Assembly (NCBI GenBank): GCA_051382295.1
Contig: JBBCAW010000012.1
Span: 161,983 to 225,982, forward strand
DNA: 64,000 nt
Direction: 5' to 3'
Origin: Bdellovibrionota bacterium FG-1
Lineage (GTDB): Bacteria; Bdellovibrionota; UBA1018
The stretch's first letter is position 1; every line of letters starts with the position of its first letter. The notes beneath the pieces were generated by a model. It made no database searches, was not told where the DNA came from, and saw only the letters and a list, made by a program, of their open reading frames with translations. The position numbers and the translations under genes were made by a program. Positions 51,654 to 62,186 of this stretch are shown one piece after another.

Positions 51654-52736
51654 ATGCTTGAAAAAAATTGGCGTGACCTCATTAAGCCCAAGGCTTTGGA
51701 TGTAGACAAAGAGTCTCTTTCGACCGCTTATGGTAAATTTATTGCTAAGCCGTTAGAACGCGGTTTTGGTTTAACGCTTGGGAATTCGCTGCGCCGCGTA
51801 TTGCTTTCGTCCCTTCAGGGGGCGGCTATTACCGCAGTGAAAATCGATGGCGTGGTCCACGAGTTTACGCCGATTCATGATGTCAAAGAAGACGTTGCCG
51901 AAATTATCTTAAATTTGAAAGAAGTACGCTTTTGTCTTCATGCGGAACAGGCAACGGTCGTCATTGAAAAGACAGGTCCATGTGTGGTGACCGGAGCTGA
52001 CATCATTGTTTCAGAGCAGGTTCAGGTTTTGAATCCAGAACAGCAGATTGCGACTTTGGGTAAAGGTGGTAAGCTTCGTGTGGAAATTCAGGTCGCTCGT
52101 GGCCGTGGTTACCGCCCAGCTGAAAACAATAAAGCCGAAGATATGCCGGTGGGTTGGATTCCGGTGGATAGTTTCTTTTCCCCGATTCGTCGGGTGAACT
52201 ATACAGTCACTCAAAGCCGTGTGGGTCAACGTACGGACTATGATAAATTGACTCTCGAAGTTTGGACTGATGGTTCGGTTCAGCCCGAAGATGCTGTTTC
52301 TTTGGGATCAAAGATTCTTAAAGATCAGCTCTCGGTGTTCTTGAATTTTGAAGAGGAGCCGGAGCCGGTTGCACAGGCGAAGGAAGAGGGCGGATCACAA
52401 TTTAATCCGAATCTCTATCGCTCGGTAGAGGAACTTGAGCTTTCAGTTCGTTCTGCCAATTGCCTGCAGAATGCGAATATTAAGTACATCTATGAATTAG
52501 TTCAGAAGACTGAAGCCGAAATGCTTAAGACCAAGAATTTTGGTCGTAAGTCTTTGAATGAAATTAAAGATATTTTGGGTGAAATGGGTTTGAGTCTTGG
52601 TATGAAACTAGATGGTTTCGTTCCGCCTTCTCAGCCACCTAAGCCGGCTGATTCAGATGTCGATGAAAGTCGCATTTTGAATGACCGCAAGAAGGTTGAT
52701 GAGTTTGACGAAGAGAGTGATGATATTGAAGATTGA
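51654..52736 (+). CDS. rpoA: RNA polymerase alpha subunit
   Basis: [33 protein letters not shown]. Confidence 0.99.
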   Translation: MLEKNWRDLIKPKALDVDKESLSTAYGKFIAKPLERGFGLTLGNSLRRVLLSSLQGAAITAVKIDGVVHEFTPIHDVKEDVAEIILNLKEVRFCLHAEQATVVIEKTGPCVVTGADIIVSEQVQVLNPEQQIATLGKGGKLRVEIQVARGRGYRPAENNKAEDMPVGWIPVDSFFSPIRRVNYTVTQSRVGQRTDYDKLTLEVWTDGSVQPEDAVSLGSKILKDQLSVFLNFEEEPEPVAQAKEEGGSQFNPNLYRSVEELELSVRSANCLQNANIKYIYELVQKTEAEMLKTKNFGRKSLNEIKDILGEMGLSLGMKLDGFVPPSQPPKPADSDVDESRILNDRKKVDEFDEESDDIED

Positions 52737-52775
52737 TCTCGTATTGGGATCACGTTTTTTGGGAGTAGGTGATTT

Positions 52776-53363
52776 ATGAGACATCAAGTTGACGGCCGCA
52801 AATTTGGTCGCAATACATCGCATCGCAAGGCTATGTTTCGAAATATGGCTAATTCGGTGATTGTTCAGGAACAGATTGTAACGACTGTTCAGAAGGCTAA
52901 GGAAATTCGCCGCGTGGTGGATCGCCTGATTACCCTAGGTAAGTCAGGGATTCCTGCATCCCGGCGATTGGCTTTTGATCGTACGCGTGACGATGCCGTT
53001 GTGTTGAAGCTATTTACAGCTCTCGCCGAGCGGTATAAGAGCCGAAAGGGTGGATATACTCGGGTTTTGAAAGTGGCTGATCGTCGCTGGGGCGACGGCG
53101 CTGAAATGGCCATGATTGAGTTGGTCGATCATCCGTTGATTGATCGTAAGCGTAAGCCTAAAGCTGAAGACGCTGCCAAGAAGGTCGAGGCTCTGGGTGA
53201 TGCTCAGGTTAAGGATCCGTTTAGTCGGTTCCGTAAACTCTTTTCGAAGGGTAATAAGGCAGCTGGTCCGGCTGGTGCTAAGTCCAGGGGCGGTTCGACT
53301 AAGGCTGCTCGTAAGACTCCTGCGGGCGGCGGGAGCAGTAAACAGGGCGGCAGTAGTAGTTAA
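52776..53363 (+). CDS. rplQ: 50S ribosomal protein L17 (C-terminal extension)
   Basis: MRH...[22 protein letters not shown]. Confidence 0.99.
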   Translation: MRHQVDGRKFGRNTSHRKAMFRNMANSVIVQEQIVTTVQKAKEIRRVVDRLITLGKSGIPASRRLAFDRTRDDAVVLKLFTALAERYKSRKGGYTRVLKVADRRWGDGAEMAMIELVDHPLIDRKRKPKAEDAAKKVEALGDAQVKDPFSRFRKLFSKGNKAAGPAGAKSRGGSTKAARKTPAGGGSSKQGGSSS

Positions 53364-53381
53364 CTCTGTTTGGTCAATCTC

Positions 53382-54299
53382 TTAGAGTTGGCTCAGCCAG
53401 ATTACGACGCGAGTTTGCCCGCTAGGTATTGGGCTTTTAGATTTGTTCTTATACCAGGTAAAGGTTTCCCCCACCGGAGAGCCAGAGAGGCCCTCCGGGG
53501 TGGGGGGGGCCATTTTTTGGAGATGTCGTTTCAGCGGGACTACTACCGACTGGGGGATGATGAGGTCAAACTGAATTCCTCCAGGGGCTTCGATTCCTTC
53601 CATGCCTGACGTATTAGGTTTGACTTTCAGCTCAATGAGGATTTCGACTACTTTGACGCGAAGTTCACGTGGGCTATCTGTTTTGAGGTTAAAGCGCCAG
53701 ATTTCAGCGTTTCCTACCCGAATTTCACCCTCTTCTGATACCCCGGAACCCTCTGCTTCAGAATCGTCTTCTTCATTCCCTTCGCTGGCAAATTCATCTG
53801 GCAATTTTCCCCTGTTAGCTTCTTGATTGGCAGGGACTTTTCCTCGGCTGAGGGGAAGGTTGAGTGCGGCGGTTTCGGCTCCACCTGGATTATTGGTTCC
53901 TAGGGCATCAGCAAATTCGTTCAAATTATGCTCAATGCGATGTTCGTAGATTGCTCGGACCTTGGGGCCGGCGGATATGCCCATCAAAATGAGCAAGACA
54001 ATACTTGTTCCCTCAATGGCGGTGCGGAGATACCAGGGGATTTGTTCCCATTTGGAACGGCTCAAGCGGGCTAATTGAAGATTGGGAAGAGCGGCAGTGA
54101 ATGGTGATTTTCTGATTGGAATGGGCAAAGGGACTCGAGGTTGATTTTCAATCGAAGTTAAAATGATGCGGTAGTGTTTATGTCGTTCGCGACATTCGTG
54201 GCAGGCATCTATGTGCTCATCCGCCTCACGCTTGAGAACGCCTATCAAAGTTCCATCTAGGTAGTCGGATGCCCGATTGTGCCACTCAAAGCAGTTCAT
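53382..54299 (-). CDS. Zinc-binding (zf-HC2/ZAS) membrane-anchored anti-sigma factor-like protein
   Basis: MNC....SDYLDG.L....EHIDACHEC (HxxxCxxC); one TM segment; C-terminal domain. Confidence 0.8.
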   Translation of the reverse strand: MNCFEWHNRASDYLDGTLIGVLKREADEHIDACHECRERHKHYRIILTSIENQPRVPLPIPIRKSPFTAALPNLQLARLSRSKWEQIPWYLRTAIEGTSIVLLILMGISAGPKVRAIYEHRIEHNLNEFADALGTNNPGGAETAALNLPLSRGKVPANQEANRGKLPDEFASEGNEEDDSEAEGSGVSEEGEIRVGNAEIWRFNLKTDSPRELRVKVVEILIELKVKPNTSGMEGIEAPGGIQFDLIIPQSVVVPLKRHLQKMAPPTPEGLSGSPVGETFTWYKNKSKSPIPSGQTRVVIWLSQL

Positions 54300-54778
54300 G
54301 CACTATCCCATAGCCATTCTTCAATTGCGCGTAAAGCCTGAGCACGGCGCAATTTAATGGTGCCTTCGGGGAGCCCTAGGGCAGTTGAAAGTTCAGGATA
54401 GGGGATGCCGTACTTGTCGCGAAGCAGGAGTAGAATCTGATCTTCAGTTGAGAGACGATGAAAATAGGCGTTGAACTGTTTCAATCGAATCGACGGGTTT
54501 TGGGCGGCATCCAGCTGGATTTGTTCTGAAGGAGTGAGTCTTCGGCCATGCTGAGGTGCCATAGCGAGAAGCTTTTCAGTCGCCACGCGGAGTACCCAAG
54601 CGCGCTCGTATTCCTGAAAAGACTGGGATTGTGCCCGATTACGGAGAGTTTTTAAGATACTTTTAAACGCTAGCTGGGTGTTCACGGGATTCCATAAGAC
54701 GGCCTCGCAGAGATCGAAAAGCATGTCACCATACAGTTGAAGGACATGTTGAGACATTTGCTCAATCGTCGAAGTCAT
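54296..54778 (-). CDS. Degenerate ECF sigma factor-like protein
   Basis: Region 4 (LSTEDQILLLLRDKYGIPYPELSTALGLPEGTIKLRRAQA), region 2 remnant RAWVLRVA; ATGA overlap with the anti-sigma gene. Confidence 0.75.
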   Translation of the reverse strand: MTSTIEQMSQHVLQLYGDMLFDLCEAVLWNPVNTQLAFKSILKTLRNRAQSQSFQEYERAWVLRVATEKLLAMAPQHGRRLTPSEQIQLDAAQNPSIRLKQFNAYFHRLSTEDQILLLLRDKYGIPYPELSTALGLPEGTIKLRRAQALRAIEEWLWDSA

Positions 54779-55322
54779 CGATTCCCGCTATATTCGAATC
54801 AGGTTCATGTTCAAGTCGAAGGTAGATTTTCCATCGCTCGGGGGTCTTAGTCACGCCAAAATGAAGGCTTGCCCTAGGTAGCCACTGAGGTTGTTTAGGC
54901 TTACGAATGAGCTTCATATTCGCTTGTAAGGGGGTTCGGCCCCCTTTTTGCTGATTGCAAGGCTTGCACGCGGTCACAATATTTTGCCAATTCGTTTGAC
55001 CCCCTTGAACAATCGGAATCACATGGTCCAGAGTGAGGTGAGATTTGGGGAAATTTACCCCACAATACTGGCAAACGTGGTTGTCTCGCAGAAAAATATT
55101 GATTCGTGAAAATCTCACGATCTGTTTTTTCTTGGTGAGGGGAACATAACTGAGAAGTCTTAAGACTGCCGGAACTTTGATGGTGAGGCGGACTGTATGA
55201 ATCTCCCGATCGGATTCTTCAACGACCTCAACTTTTCCTTGAAAAAGCAATTGGAGAGCACGCTGCCATGTCACAACATGGAGGGGTTCAAAAGATGCGT
55301 TGAGAACGAGTGCATGACTCAT
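54762..55322 (-). CDS. HNH endonuclease (McrA-like)
   Basis: LVLNASFEPL, RDNHVCQYCG..LTLDHVIP..GG..W.NIVTACKPCNQQKG. Confidence 0.92.
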   Translation of the reverse strand: MSHALVLNASFEPLHVVTWQRALQLLFQGKVEVVEESDREIHTVRLTIKVPAVLRLLSYVPLTKKKQIVRFSRINIFLRDNHVCQYCGVNFPKSHLTLDHVIPIVQGGQTNWQNIVTACKPCNQQKGGRTPLQANMKLIRKPKQPQWLPRASLHFGVTKTPERWKIYLRLEHEPDSNIAGIDDFDD

Positions 55323-55465
55323 GGCAGGGCCTCTCCCCAATTATAATGGGTTTTTGGTCAAATATGCAACTCGGGGGCCCTTCTAAGTGTTTAGAATAAT
55401 AGTGGATTTAAATAGGCAAAAATCTATTGAATTCCAAAAGATCAAGGGTCATAACTAGTTGCAAG

Positions 55466-56047
55466 ATGCTTATAAATAATGAACAAAAACAAGTAGATAA
55501 GTGGATAATTGCTGGGTTGTTTTTCTTGGGAATTTGCCTTACGACAGGCCTATGGGGGTGGGGCCACCGTCAGCGCGATTTAAATGACGGAGCAGAGGGG
55601 CAGGGTCGGGCGAAACTCAGAGAGGCACCCCCGTTCGATCTTAAAGGGGCTGACGGTAAGAGCTATCGTTTGGCAGACTTCAAGGGGAATGCGATAGTCC
55701 TCCATTTTTGGGCCAGTTGGTGTCCTCCGTGCTTGGGTGAAATTCCTAATTGGCTGGAGTTTGCGGCTCGGTGGAAGGGGCGTCCCGTTCGATTTGTAGC
55801 TGTGAGTTTGGATAAAACATGGGGGGATGCGCTTAAAATTTTTCCGGCGGATCGTGCTGTAGAACCGGTGATTTCGGTTTTGGATTCTAGTCTGAAGCTT
55901 TCTGAAGCCTATGGGACTTATCAATTTCCAGAGACCTATCTATTGAGTCCGGATTTGAAGATTGTGACCAAGTGGGTCGGGCCTCAGGATTGGAGTCTGC
56001 CAAAAATCACGAGTGAAATTGAAGGGGCGCTGAAGAAGATTCTCTAG
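55466..56047 (+). CDS. TlpA-family thiol:disulfide oxidoreductase
   Basis: HFWASWCPPC, cis-Pro FPETY; N-terminal TM anchor. Confidence 0.92.
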   Translation: MLINNEQKQVDKWIIAGLFFLGICLTTGLWGWGHRQRDLNDGAEGQGRAKLREAPPFDLKGADGKSYRLADFKGNAIVLHFWASWCPPCLGEIPNWLEFAARWKGRPVRFVAVSLDKTWGDALKIFPADRAVEPVISVLDSSLKLSEAYGTYQFPETYLLSPDLKIVTKWVGPQDWSLPKITSEIEGALKKIL

Positions 56048-56093
56048 AATTTTCCATTGAGGTAACTTCAAAAACCCGATACTTTTACTTCGA

Positions 56094-57572
56094 ATGTCCA
56101 ACAAACGAACTGAAAGATTAACTCCGTCTCTTCCCAGTCTCAGTGGCTTAATGAGGGGTTCTGACGAAAAATTCAGTACGGACCGACTGGTTTTGCAGGC
56201 TTATTCTCAGGATCTTTGGCCGCGCAAGCTTTTGCAGCTCCGCGAAGAAGGGCCAGCTGAGCCGGTGGTGGATTTAGTGGTTTGGCCAGAGTCGACCGAT
56301 CAAGTGGCAGGAATTGTGAAATGGGCTCATGAGGCTGATGTCAATTTGTTTCCATATGGAGCCGGTAGTGGTGTGTGTGGTGCGACGATTCCGGTCGAAT
56401 CAGCAGTTGCCTCACCAGAGGCTGATCGACCGCGGGTGATCGTCGATCTCAAGAAGATGCGCAAAGTTCGTTCGTTGGATTCTAAATCGCTGACGGTTTG
56501 GGCCGAAAGTGGCTGGATTGGCGAAAATTTAGAGCGTTATCTCAATCAAGAGGGGTATACGCTGGGCCATTTTCCTTCGTCTATCTATTGCAGTAGTCTG
56601 GGTGGATATTTGGCGACCCGTTCGGCAGGTCAGCTTTCGACTAAATATGGCAAGATCGAAGACATGGTCCTCAATGTTGAGTTTGTGCTTCCAGATGGTT
56701 CCGTTGTTGAGGCTGGAAGAGCGCCTCGCAGTGCGATGGGGCCGGACTGGACACAACTCTTGTTAGGATCAGAAGGGACGTTAGGGTTTTTTACGGCTGC
56801 GTGTTTGCAAATTCATACTTTGCCCGAAGGCCGTGTCGCGATGGGGTTTGCGGCCAACGGTGACCAACCCATCGTGCAGGCCATGGATTTTGCTCGTAAG
56901 CTCGTTCAAGATGGCATTCGGCCGGCTGTTTTGCGAATTTATGATCCGCTTGAAACATCGATGGCTTTGAGTTCAGAGGTTTTAAGGAATTGCCATTTCC
57001 CAGGAGGGGCGGCAATTGTCGTTATTTTTGAGGGAAATCAGCGACTTTGTGAAGTCGAGGCAAGCGAGGCTAAGACCATCGCAGCTCGAATGGGGGTTCA
57101 GGATCTTGGGCCTTCTTTGGGTGAGCATTGGTGGGAACATCGCTATGATGTTTCTTATAAGCAGCAGTTAATTGTGAGTCATAATCGCATGATCTTGGAT
57201 ACGTTCGAACTGGCGGCCACCTGGGACAAGTTGGATCAAGTCTATCGCGCGGTCAAAGGAGTCAAGGTCGGGGCTGGAATGATCATGGCCCATTTAAGTC
57301 ATTTTTATCACACCGGGGCCAATATTTATTTTACGTTAGTGAGTCATGCTGGGTTTTCAAAATCATCAGCCGAACGGTATGATGAGATTTGGGAGGCCAT
57401 GCTCAAGGCCGCGTTCGAATCAGGTGCAACGCTCAGTCACCATCACGGATCGGGAATACTCAAAAATGAGTGGATTCGCCGTGAAAAGGGTAAATGGATT
57501 TCGATCTTCGAAAAGGTGAAACGTGGGTTCGATCCCGAAAATCGTTTTAACCCCTCTAAAATGGGTCTCTAA
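56094..57572 (+). CDS. FAD-linked oxidase of the VAO/PCMH family, alkyl-DHAP synthase-like
   Basis: PYGAGSGV, GHFPSS..CSSLGG.LATRSAGQ.STKYG.IEDMV, GSEGTLG, HLSH.Y..GA.IYF, SHHHG. Confidence 0.85.
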   Translation: MSNKRTERLTPSLPSLSGLMRGSDEKFSTDRLVLQAYSQDLWPRKLLQLREEGPAEPVVDLVVWPESTDQVAGIVKWAHEADVNLFPYGAGSGVCGATIPVESAVASPEADRPRVIVDLKKMRKVRSLDSKSLTVWAESGWIGENLERYLNQEGYTLGHFPSSIYCSSLGGYLATRSAGQLSTKYGKIEDMVLNVEFVLPDGSVVEAGRAPRSAMGPDWTQLLLGSEGTLGFFTAACLQIHTLPEGRVAMGFAANGDQPIVQAMDFARKLVQDGIRPAVLRIYDPLETSMALSSEVLRNCHFPGGAAIVVIFEGNQRLCEVEASEAKTIAARMGVQDLGPSLGEHWWEHRYDVSYKQQLIVSHNRMILDTFELAATWDKLDQVYRAVKGVKVGAGMIMAHLSHFYHTGANIYFTLVSHAGFSKSSAERYDEIWEAMLKAAFESGATLSHHHGSGILKNEWIRREKGKWISIFEKVKRGFDPENRFNPSKMGL

Positions 57573-58473
57573 GCAGGTTCTGCACCGGACGCTTTTGCGT
57601 TTTCCGGGGGGTGATGCTCATGATCCCATTGCGTGTACCTATTGCCCGGAAATGTGTCGTTTTGCGTGTCCTGCGGCGGTGACCAGCGCTAACGATGCCG
57701 TCACTCCGTGTAATAAAATGTCACTCTTACATAAGGAAGAGCGATGGCCCAAACAAGCGGCTGCGGGCGGCCCTTTATGGCCCCTGTATGATTGTACTGG
57801 TTGTGGTCGTTGCACCGAATTTTGTGTTTATGGGATGCCCGTCGCCGAAATCCTTTTTGAGGCTCGCAAAGAGTTTCCGTGGGAAAAAGCTAAGCAGGTC
57901 GCTGCTGCGCTAACGGATGAGGAAGACACGGTGGGTGACCTCGCAGACGAACTGGCGGATTCGGCGCATTCGGTTCGAAGGATGACTGATTTTGTTCGGA
58001 CTGCTGGTGATACCATTGTGGTCACGGAAGCTCGCTCTTTGTACTTTTTGCTCAGGCAAGGCGTTGCGGCTCAATTGAGTTGGGAGCGCGAGCTTGATGA
58101 CCATGCCCTCGAAAGGTGGAAAGAACGGTTAGCGGGAAAAACCTGGCTTCTGCATGAGTCGGTGTGGATGAGTCGGCGTTTAGAGCAGGCTGATCGTGTA
58201 TCGGATTGGGTGCAACGAGCCCGAAAGATCGGCATTTTGATTGAGTTGCCGTTTCATCATGGCAGGGGATGTATCGATTGTGGGGGTGAGGGGGCCTATT
58301 CTCGCCTCTTTTTGGAACAGGCGCGGCAAATGGCGCGAGATTTTTGGGAACGTGATCAACATCGGGCTCAGGGGATCTTATGTTTGAGTCCTCGTTGCGC
58401 ACAGCACCTTCGGGAGGCTTTGGGTAATCAGGTTCCGATCGTTGCATTGGGCGAAAAACGGGGAGAGGCGTGA
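57523..58473 (+). CDS. 4Fe-4S dicluster protein (GlcF/GlpC-like); start uncertain
   Basis: CTYCPEMCRFACP and CTGCGRCTEFC; degenerate CCG-like CIDCGG. Confidence 0.75.
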   Translation: MGSIPKIVLTPLKWVSKQVLHRTLLRFPGGDAHDPIACTYCPEMCRFACPAAVTSANDAVTPCNKMSLLHKEERWPKQAAAGGPLWPLYDCTGCGRCTEFCVYGMPVAEILFEARKEFPWEKAKQVAAALTDEEDTVGDLADELADSAHSVRRMTDFVRTAGDTIVVTEARSLYFLLRQGVAAQLSWERELDDHALERWKERLAGKTWLLHESVWMSRRLEQADRVSDWVQRARKIGILIELPFHHGRGCIDCGGEGAYSRLFLEQARQMARDFWERDQHRAQGILCLSPRCAQHLREALGNQVPIVALGEKRGEA

Positions 58474-59468
58474 TGAGTGCACACAGTACGATGATCTTGG
58501 TAAATCCCCAGGCTCGCGAGGGTGAAGTGGGACGTCGTTGGCCTGATCTCGAGCATCAAGTCCTGGGCGTTTTAGGTGAGGGCAGCGCGCGCGTCGAATT
58601 TACTTCGGCTTTGGATTATGGATCAGGGGCGATCCGGAAAGCCCTCAAAGAAGGGATCGAGCGGATTTTGGTGGTCGGCGGGGATGGTACGGTTTCAGAG
58701 GCAATCCAGGGCTTTTTTGAAGAGGGTCGGCTGATTTCCAAAGACGCTATTTTGATGGTAATGCCCGCAGGTCGGGGCGACGATTTTTTTAAAGCCATGG
58801 TCGGGCACCGTTGTTTAAGTTCTGATGATGCTTGGATGCAGGGATTGGAGTTGATCCGTAGCGGCAAGCCTCAGTATACCGACCTGGGCAGTGTGGTCTG
58901 GATCCCTCGCTTAGGCAAAAATTGCCAAGATCGCGTCTTTATTAATGTAGCCAGTTTTGGTTTTCCGGGTCTTGTGGTCAAACGAGTTCGTGAGCGCGCC
59001 GGAGTGTTAGGCCGAACCCATCTTGGAAAAAGTGGTTGGACTTATCTGATTCAAATCGTAACGGGGATGATGGGATACACGCCAGTTTTGGTCGAAGTTC
59101 GTGTTGATGACGAGATGGTTTTTGATGGCCCTATTTTTAGCGGCTTTGTCATGAACGGTTGTTATAATGCTGGTGGAATGCGCTGGTCCGATGAGGCGCA
59201 TCTGGATGATGGGATTTTTCAAGTCGTGCTGGCTGAGCCTCGTGGTTTGCTGGCGACGGCGTTAACGGGTTCAAGAATTTTGAGTGGACATTGGAAGGGC
59301 GTTCCTGGTGTTCACTGTTTGAGTGGCCGTAAGATCGAAATTCGGTCTAAAAGTGATGGAAAACGTGGGTTTCCCCTGTTTGAAATCGACGGTGAGCAGC
59401 CGGAGCCTTCGAAAACCCAAGGGGCGGTATTTGAGGTTCTGGCGGGGGCGATCCGACTTTGGAAGTGA
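58470..59468 (+). CDS. Diacylglycerol/lipid kinase family protein
   Basis: VNP.A, VVGGDGTVSE, PAGRGDDF, FINVASFG, EIDGE. Confidence 0.9.
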   Translation: MMSAHSTMILVNPQAREGEVGRRWPDLEHQVLGVLGEGSARVEFTSALDYGSGAIRKALKEGIERILVVGGDGTVSEAIQGFFEEGRLISKDAILMVMPAGRGDDFFKAMVGHRCLSSDDAWMQGLELIRSGKPQYTDLGSVVWIPRLGKNCQDRVFINVASFGFPGLVVKRVRERAGVLGRTHLGKSGWTYLIQIVTGMMGYTPVLVEVRVDDEMVFDGPIFSGFVMNGCYNAGGMRWSDEAHLDDGIFQVVLAEPRGLLATALTGSRILSGHWKGVPGVHCLSGRKIEIRSKSDGKRGFPLFEIDGEQPEPSKTQGAVFEVLAGAIRLWK

Positions 59469-59619
59469 CCAAATACTTAACAATTTGACTTCCAGTTAAC
59501 TTCTTGAATGGATTAAATAAATATCGGTTTTGTCTGAAAGTTGTTCGGCGCACTCAACTCGCAACTGTATCCATCCGATACAGTAATTAAGTCGAATTGA
59601 AAAAAGAGGCGCGAAAAAT

Positions 59620-61191
59620 ATGATTAATTGGGAAGAACTGAAACATATCCATGTCATCCGCAAGCTGGAAGAAATTTTGGGTCAGTGGTTTCACACTGAT
59701 ATTTTCTTTGTTGATGAGCGGGGAACTGTTCGCAATTATGATCCCCAAGATCGACAACGCGCATTTAAGAACCCCTTAAGCCAAATGCTTTTGCCTAAAG
59801 AAAAAAGCCGGGCTGTGCTTTTGAAGGCCATTAGCGAGGCGAGTGAAAAAGCCTATCACATTCCAGAGTCGCATCTCGTTTTGAATGGGCCGATGGGGTT
59901 TGAAAGGTTGCTCGTTTCCCGTGTCGTGGTTGAAAATGAGTATCTCGGAAGCGTTTGCGCGTATTGCTACCTGGATAAAGATGTTAGCCCAGAGGACCGT
60001 GCTCAGGCCTGGACCATGGTCGAGGGATGGGGCTTTGATCAAGAAAATTGGAATGCCTGGGTAGGGCGCCTTAAAAAACATAGCGAAGGCGAGCGAAAAT
60101 ATTTTCAAGAGCTGGTCGACCTCGTGGCACAAGAAATTGTCACCTTCCATACTGAAATTTCGAAACGGGAAGAACGAATCAACGCACTCAATAGCCAATT
60201 GGGCAACCGTTATAGTTATGATCAAATGATTGGCAAGTCTAAGCCCATGCAGGAACTGTATGGACTGCTCGACAAAATCCGCAATTCTGAGTCGACGGTA
60301 CTCATTCAAGGTGAAAACGGAACTGGTAAAGAGCTGATCGCGCGGGCCATTCATTATAATTCAGCCCGAAAAGATGCGCAATTTGTGACGGTGAACTGCT
60401 CGGCCTTTAACGAGAACTTGTTGGACAGTGAGCTTTTTGGTCATGTTAAAGGGTCTTTTACCGGCGCGATCAAGGACAAAAAGGGCCTTTTTGAGGCCGC
60501 TGATAAGGGAACCCTTTTTCTGGATGAAGTGGGCGATATGTCCCCCACCATGCAGGTTAAACTGCTGCGGGTTATTCAAGAGGGCGTTTTAACCCCAGTG
60601 GGCTCGACCGATGCTCGTAAAGTGGATGTGCGGGTTGTTGCCGCTACCAATCGGGATTTGAAAGAAATGATCGAGCAGGGTACGTTTCGCGAAGATCTTT
60701 ACTATCGCATTAACGTGATCAATTTGGTGGTGCCTTCTCTACGTGACCGTAAAGAGGACATCCCCCTGTTGATGGAGCATTTTGTTTCACGAGGGTGTAA
60801 GGAAAAGAGTATCCCCATCAAGCAGTTTCAAAAGCGAACGATGGAAAAGATGTTCGATTATACCTGGCCCGGTAATATTCGTGAGCTTGAAAATGAAGTT
60901 GAGCGTTTGATTGTTCTTACCGGTGAGGATTCTAAAATCGCTTCTGAGTTACTTTCTCAGCGTATTCGGGAATTTGGTGACAACGCTAAAGTTCAAGGGG
61001 TGCGCGTGGCAGGCAAGCTGAAAGATGCACTTGAGGAACTCGAAAAAACGATGATTAAAGAAGGACTGCGCCGCACTAACTGGAATAAGAGCAGGCTTGC
61101 TAAGGAACTTGGCATTTCGCGAGCGGGCTTGATCATGAAAGTTGAGAAATATGGCCTCGATAAACGCAAGCTGGCTAGAGAGGCCGCGTAA
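59620..61191 (+). CDS. Sigma54-dependent enhancer-binding protein with PocR-like N-terminal sensor and Fis HTH
   Basis: GENGTGKE, ELFGHVKGSFTGA, FLDEV, FREDLYYR, WPGNIREL, C-terminal HTH. Confidence 0.93.
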   Translation: MINWEELKHIHVIRKLEEILGQWFHTDIFFVDERGTVRNYDPQDRQRAFKNPLSQMLLPKEKSRAVLLKAISEASEKAYHIPESHLVLNGPMGFERLLVSRVVVENEYLGSVCAYCYLDKDVSPEDRAQAWTMVEGWGFDQENWNAWVGRLKKHSEGERKYFQELVDLVAQEIVTFHTEISKREERINALNSQLGNRYSYDQMIGKSKPMQELYGLLDKIRNSESTVLIQGENGTGKELIARAIHYNSARKDAQFVTVNCSAFNENLLDSELFGHVKGSFTGAIKDKKGLFEAADKGTLFLDEVGDMSPTMQVKLLRVIQEGVLTPVGSTDARKVDVRVVAATNRDLKEMIEQGTFREDLYYRINVINLVVPSLRDRKEDIPLLMEHFVSRGCKEKSIPIKQFQKRTMEKMFDYTWPGNIRELENEVERLIVLTGEDSKIASELLSQRIREFGDNAKVQGVRVAGKLKDALEELEKTMIKEGLRRTNWNKSRLAKELGISRAGLIMKVEKYGLDKRKLAREAA

Positions 61192-62043
61192 ATAAATAGT
61201 TGCGTTGGAGCTTTCCGTTTTGCAATTCTAACCGTGCCTCATGTTGGAGTTCTGTGAGCGATAGTGGACGGCTGTTAGGTTCATCAGTTTTTTGCGCAAC
61301 ATACGGAACCCCCGTGGCTTGCAAGGCTTCGGTAATCGAACCGCCCGCAGGGGTGGCTGCGCTCAAGGTGAGCGCTCGATAGTCACACTCGATCAGAAGT
61401 GCGGGATTGAAACGAGAGATGAGTTTCTGGGCTCCACGAATAGCGGCGGCTTCACCTCCTTGGGTGTCGATCTTGATCACATCGACGCGATGTAGGCTCG
61501 TTGTCTTGACAAAGGCATCCAGGGTAGTGAGGGGCGTACGGATAGATTGAGGCGGGGCCTGGTTGTTTTCGAGGGTTTCTTGATAGGTTGAGTGCCCGCC
61601 TGAGTCGGTCTCGTCAAAGAAAAGTTCAATTTCACCTTCGTGATCGCCAATAGCCAGTTCATGAACGAAGACTGTCTTTATTTGATTGGTTTGACAGGAT
61701 TTTTTTAAACAACGCAGATTGTCTGGGTGAGGCTCAAAGGCGTGAACGGTGGCGAGAGGTCGATGCCAATGAACATAAAATGAAAAAAGGCCAATGTTAG
61801 CGCCTACATCTAAAAAGACGCCATCCTCGGGAAGATGCGCCAAAATAAGGTCTTTTTCTGGTTTTTCGTACAAAGCAAAAGAGCGTGCACCGCCATACAT
61901 GACATGAAACGAGGGGCCGCGCATATCTTTGGGATCGACGAAAATTTTGCGTCCTTTCGGAAGTTCCACAAATGCACTAGTTGGAACTTTAGGAAGGCGT
62001 GTTTTTAGCCATCGAGTTCGACCTATCCAAAGACTGAGTTGAT
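61175..62043 (-). pseudogene. FkbM-family methyltransferase with its N-terminus cut by IS21
   Basis: FLDVGANIG, AFEPHP, IKIDTQGGE; frame runs into the IS left end with no native start. Confidence 0.8.
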
Positions 62044-62186
62044 TGCCCCCGGCGGCCACCCAAAACCGGCCAGTCGTGGCCACCTGAAAACCGGCCACTG
62101 GCCCGAGGTGGCGTTCGGACCGCGTAAAGCGGCTTAACTGCGCTACGCGGCAAGACGTTTACTACCCCCTAACCTTGGGGGAGAAA

